The notes beneath the pieces are model-generated. The model did no database searches and was not told where the DNA came from. It saw only the letters and a program-made list of their open reading frames with translations. The translations under genes and the position numbers were made by a program. From an uncultured Acidobacteriota bacterium (GTDB lineage: Bacteria > Acidobacteriota > Blastocatellia > RBC074), in contig CAWCKY010000006.1 of assembly GCA_963796275.1 (NCBI GenBank), positions 2,016,001 to 2,080,000 on the forward strand: a DNA stretch of 64,000 bases, given 5' to 3'. Shown here one piece after another: positions 62,035 through 64,000 of this stretch (positions are counted from its first letter, which is position 1; every line of letters begins with the position of its first letter).

Positions 62035-64000
62035 TTAATGATTCCCAGCCACTTCTTTTTGAATCTCCCTGGACAGCTTCTCTGCATCGATCAGAGATCG
62101 CCACAACTGAGCCATATTGATCGATGTTCTGGTGGTTGCGTGTGTCGGGATGGCGAAAGCTGCGCGAACGGCCCGATTGTTGGCTATCCCTAGTTTGAAC
62201 AGCCGATCGATGGCGGCGATCAGGCGGGCTTCGACCTTGCCATCGACTTCGGCCTGGCCTCCATCAGCTGGTTCAGCCGCTCCGATGACGAGTTGTAGTT
62301 GCTGGCGCATGGCTTCGGTCTCATCCGCAAAGATTCGCGCGTGCTCGCGAACCAGCGTGAGCCACTCTGCACGGGCCTCGGCATTGAGCGCGCGAATCTC
62401 ATCCAGCGAGAATCGGCTCGCGAGGCGCTTCAGCGCATAGGCTCGCAGCAGTGCCTTGTGCGATTGCGTCAACATTCGGGTCGAGAACTGCCGTATTTCA
62501 GCCTCAATCGCCCGCTCTCCCTCCTCTGCGGAGATCGGCGATATCCGGTCGGCGAGTTTGTGGGCAAAGTGAGCTCGCAGTTCGGACTGCGCCGGGATCG
62601 TATTGCCGGTCGCCGCATACTCATCGATCACTCCCGGAGTCAAGGGCCGCGTTCCGGAGGATCGGCGCTTGAGCGCCTCCGCGATGGTCTCGATCCGGAT
62701 CAGAACGGCGGGATTGTTAGCGATCGGAGCCATGGCCCTGAGTATTTCAGCCTGGCGGTTCGAGGTTTCAACGGTCGCTTCGACCTTCAGTTTTCCGCCC
62801 GCGCCGCGCGTAATGCTCACCTCCTCGCCGAGGTCGGCTCCTATCCGATGGAGGAGAATAAGAGTTCTGATCTCCAGTTCGGCTGACGCAGCGGGGGAAG
62901 CAGATGAGGCGGAGAGTGATGACGGCTGCGCAATCGTCGTCTGGTCGCTGCCGATCATCCTGGTTTCGCTTACACTCACCTCGATCAATTCCGAGTCTAC
63001 ATCGAATACCTGTCCGCCGGCATCGCTTATTGACCTGGGCTCGAAAAGCTTTTCAACGAACAGCACCACGCGATCTACTTTGGCATACCTGAAATGGAGT
63101 CGTTGTTCGATGGGACGTAGGCTGCTGCGATCGAGCGTTAAGGTAGCGCCCACCAACCCCTGAGATGGATTCCGATAACTGATCACATAGGCGTGCGGTC
63201 TATTCTCTATGTTCGCCGGCCCTCCATTGCCTACAAGGTCGGTGAAATCTTTCGCCGATAGATCCATCCGCCACAGATCGTCGATTGTTGGTGTTCGGCC
63301 GGAGCCAGAAGCTGTCCAGTTCGCCCAATTCGCAATGTTCGATTCGGGACCGGACGATTGCTGAGCCGAGGATTCGCCTCTCCGACGGTAGAGCTTCGGC
63401 GAACCGTTCATCGTCCGCCATTCTCCTGCAATGAGCAGGCCATGCTCGTCGTAGAGACGGCGCACCTGGAGCTGTTTTGCGGCGCTCCGCCAAACTTCAA
63501 CTCTGCGCCGCGCAAGAACCGTATTGTCGGCCCGGAGCTCTTCGAGTTCCATCGTCCGATGAAAGACCTGATCGGGGCGGCCGGAGATCAATCGCTCCAT
63601 CGATGCTTCGCCAGTTGCGGCACGGCTGAGCAGATTCGCCGCGGTCGGTCCATTGAGATGATCGATGACCAACCAGAGTGCAATCAAGATCAGGCCTATC
63701 ACGACAGCGCCCTGAGGCTTCGCCAGGATCCAGGTGAGCGAGCTCCACCAACTATACAAGATATTACGTCGCTCGTCCGGTTGTATATCTTCATACTCTT
63801 CCGGCGATGCCTGGCAGGCAGCGGTCTCCGATCGCAAAGATGGGTTATGGTAGACGACCTGTAGAGCAGGCCGCACTTCTTTGAAGCTCAGGCTGACTTC
63901 AATCCTCCGTCCATCGCTCAGCTCAACGATCTCCTCTTGCTCGAACTCGCCCTTCGGAGGTTCATCGACGACCAGGTAAGCCATCCGGACTTCCTGTTCG
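62035..64000 (-). CDS. Large bitopic membrane protein, putative anti-sigma-like factor; N-terminus beyond window edge
   Basis: Frame open to the edge (EQEVR-M). Single TM (GAVVIGLILIALWLVI) followed by a long extracytoplasmic region starting TAANLLSRAA. Function is inference. Confidence 0.6.
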   Translation of the reverse strand, partial: EQEVRMAYLVVDEPPKGEFEQEEIVELSDGRRIEVSLSFKEVRPALQVVYHNPSLRSETAACQASPEEYEDIQPDERRNILYSWWSSLTWILAKPQGAVVIGLILIALWLVIDHLNGPTAANLLSRAATGEASMERLISGRPDQVFHRTMELEELRADNTVLARRRVEVWRSAAKQLQVRRLYDEHGLLIAGEWRTMNGSPKLYRRRGESSAQQSSGPESNIANWANWTASGSGRTPTIDDLWRMDLSAKDFTDLVGNGGPANIENRPHAYVISYRNPSQGLVGATLTLDRSSLRPIEQRLHFRYAKVDRVVLFVEKLFEPRSISDAGGQVFDVDSELIEVSVSETRMIGSDQTTIAQPSSLSASSASPAASAELEIRTLILLHRIGADLGEEVSITRGAGGKLKVEATVETSNRQAEILRAMAPIANNPAVLIRIETIAEALKRRSSGTRPLTPGVIDEYAATGNTIPAQSELRAHFAHKLADRISPISAEEGERAIEAEIRQFSTRMLTQSHKALLRAYALKRLASRFSLDEIRALNAEARAEWLTLVREHARIFADETEAMRQQLQLVIGAAEPADGGQAEVDGKVEARLIAAIDRLFKLGIANNRAVRAAFAIPTHATTRTSINMAQLWRSLIDAEKLSREIQKEVAGNH

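Overview
Bacterial genomic window, probably Acidobacteriota (Blastocatellia-like). This is inferred from five Oar-type TonB-dependent receptors, including the GGPVKLPRFGEGGP motif. 1-11.6 kb (minus strand) is a type 2 BREX/Pgl phage-defence locus: pglW, pglX and pglY, the last cut by the window edge. All three genes are heavily frameshifted, a 3.25-kb poly-A/poly-T block and a 39-T run replace parts of pglX, and a high-GC patch lies inside pglX; most of this looks like low-coverage assembly or polishing artefact. From 12 kb onward the sequence is clean and mostly encodes carbohydrate and nutrient scavenging: DinB, dtnK-pdxA2-like genes, a GHL6-type glycosidase, SRPBCC-ArsR-DHFR-like operon, a LacI-regulated sugar ABC transporter plus GH172, a Tat M20 amidohydrolase, PHP and SGNH hydrolases, a Tat Gfo/Idh/MocA + TIM-barrel pair, an HGSNAT-like protein, a 7-blade FG-GAP protein and a truncated anti-sigma-like membrane protein coupled to a receptor. 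Intergenic regions carry several unrelated REP-like and short-unit inverted-repeat families. No tRNA, rRNA, CRISPR array, integrase or transposase was recognised. Best leads: (i) an orphan with a RAMA-like C-terminus and a clamp-binding-like QGKLF tail, 6 kb from BREX; (ii) the membrane protein-TBDR-FG-GAP module; (iii) possible hidden cargo between pglX and pglY. All family assignments come from motif recognition by eye, not database searches.
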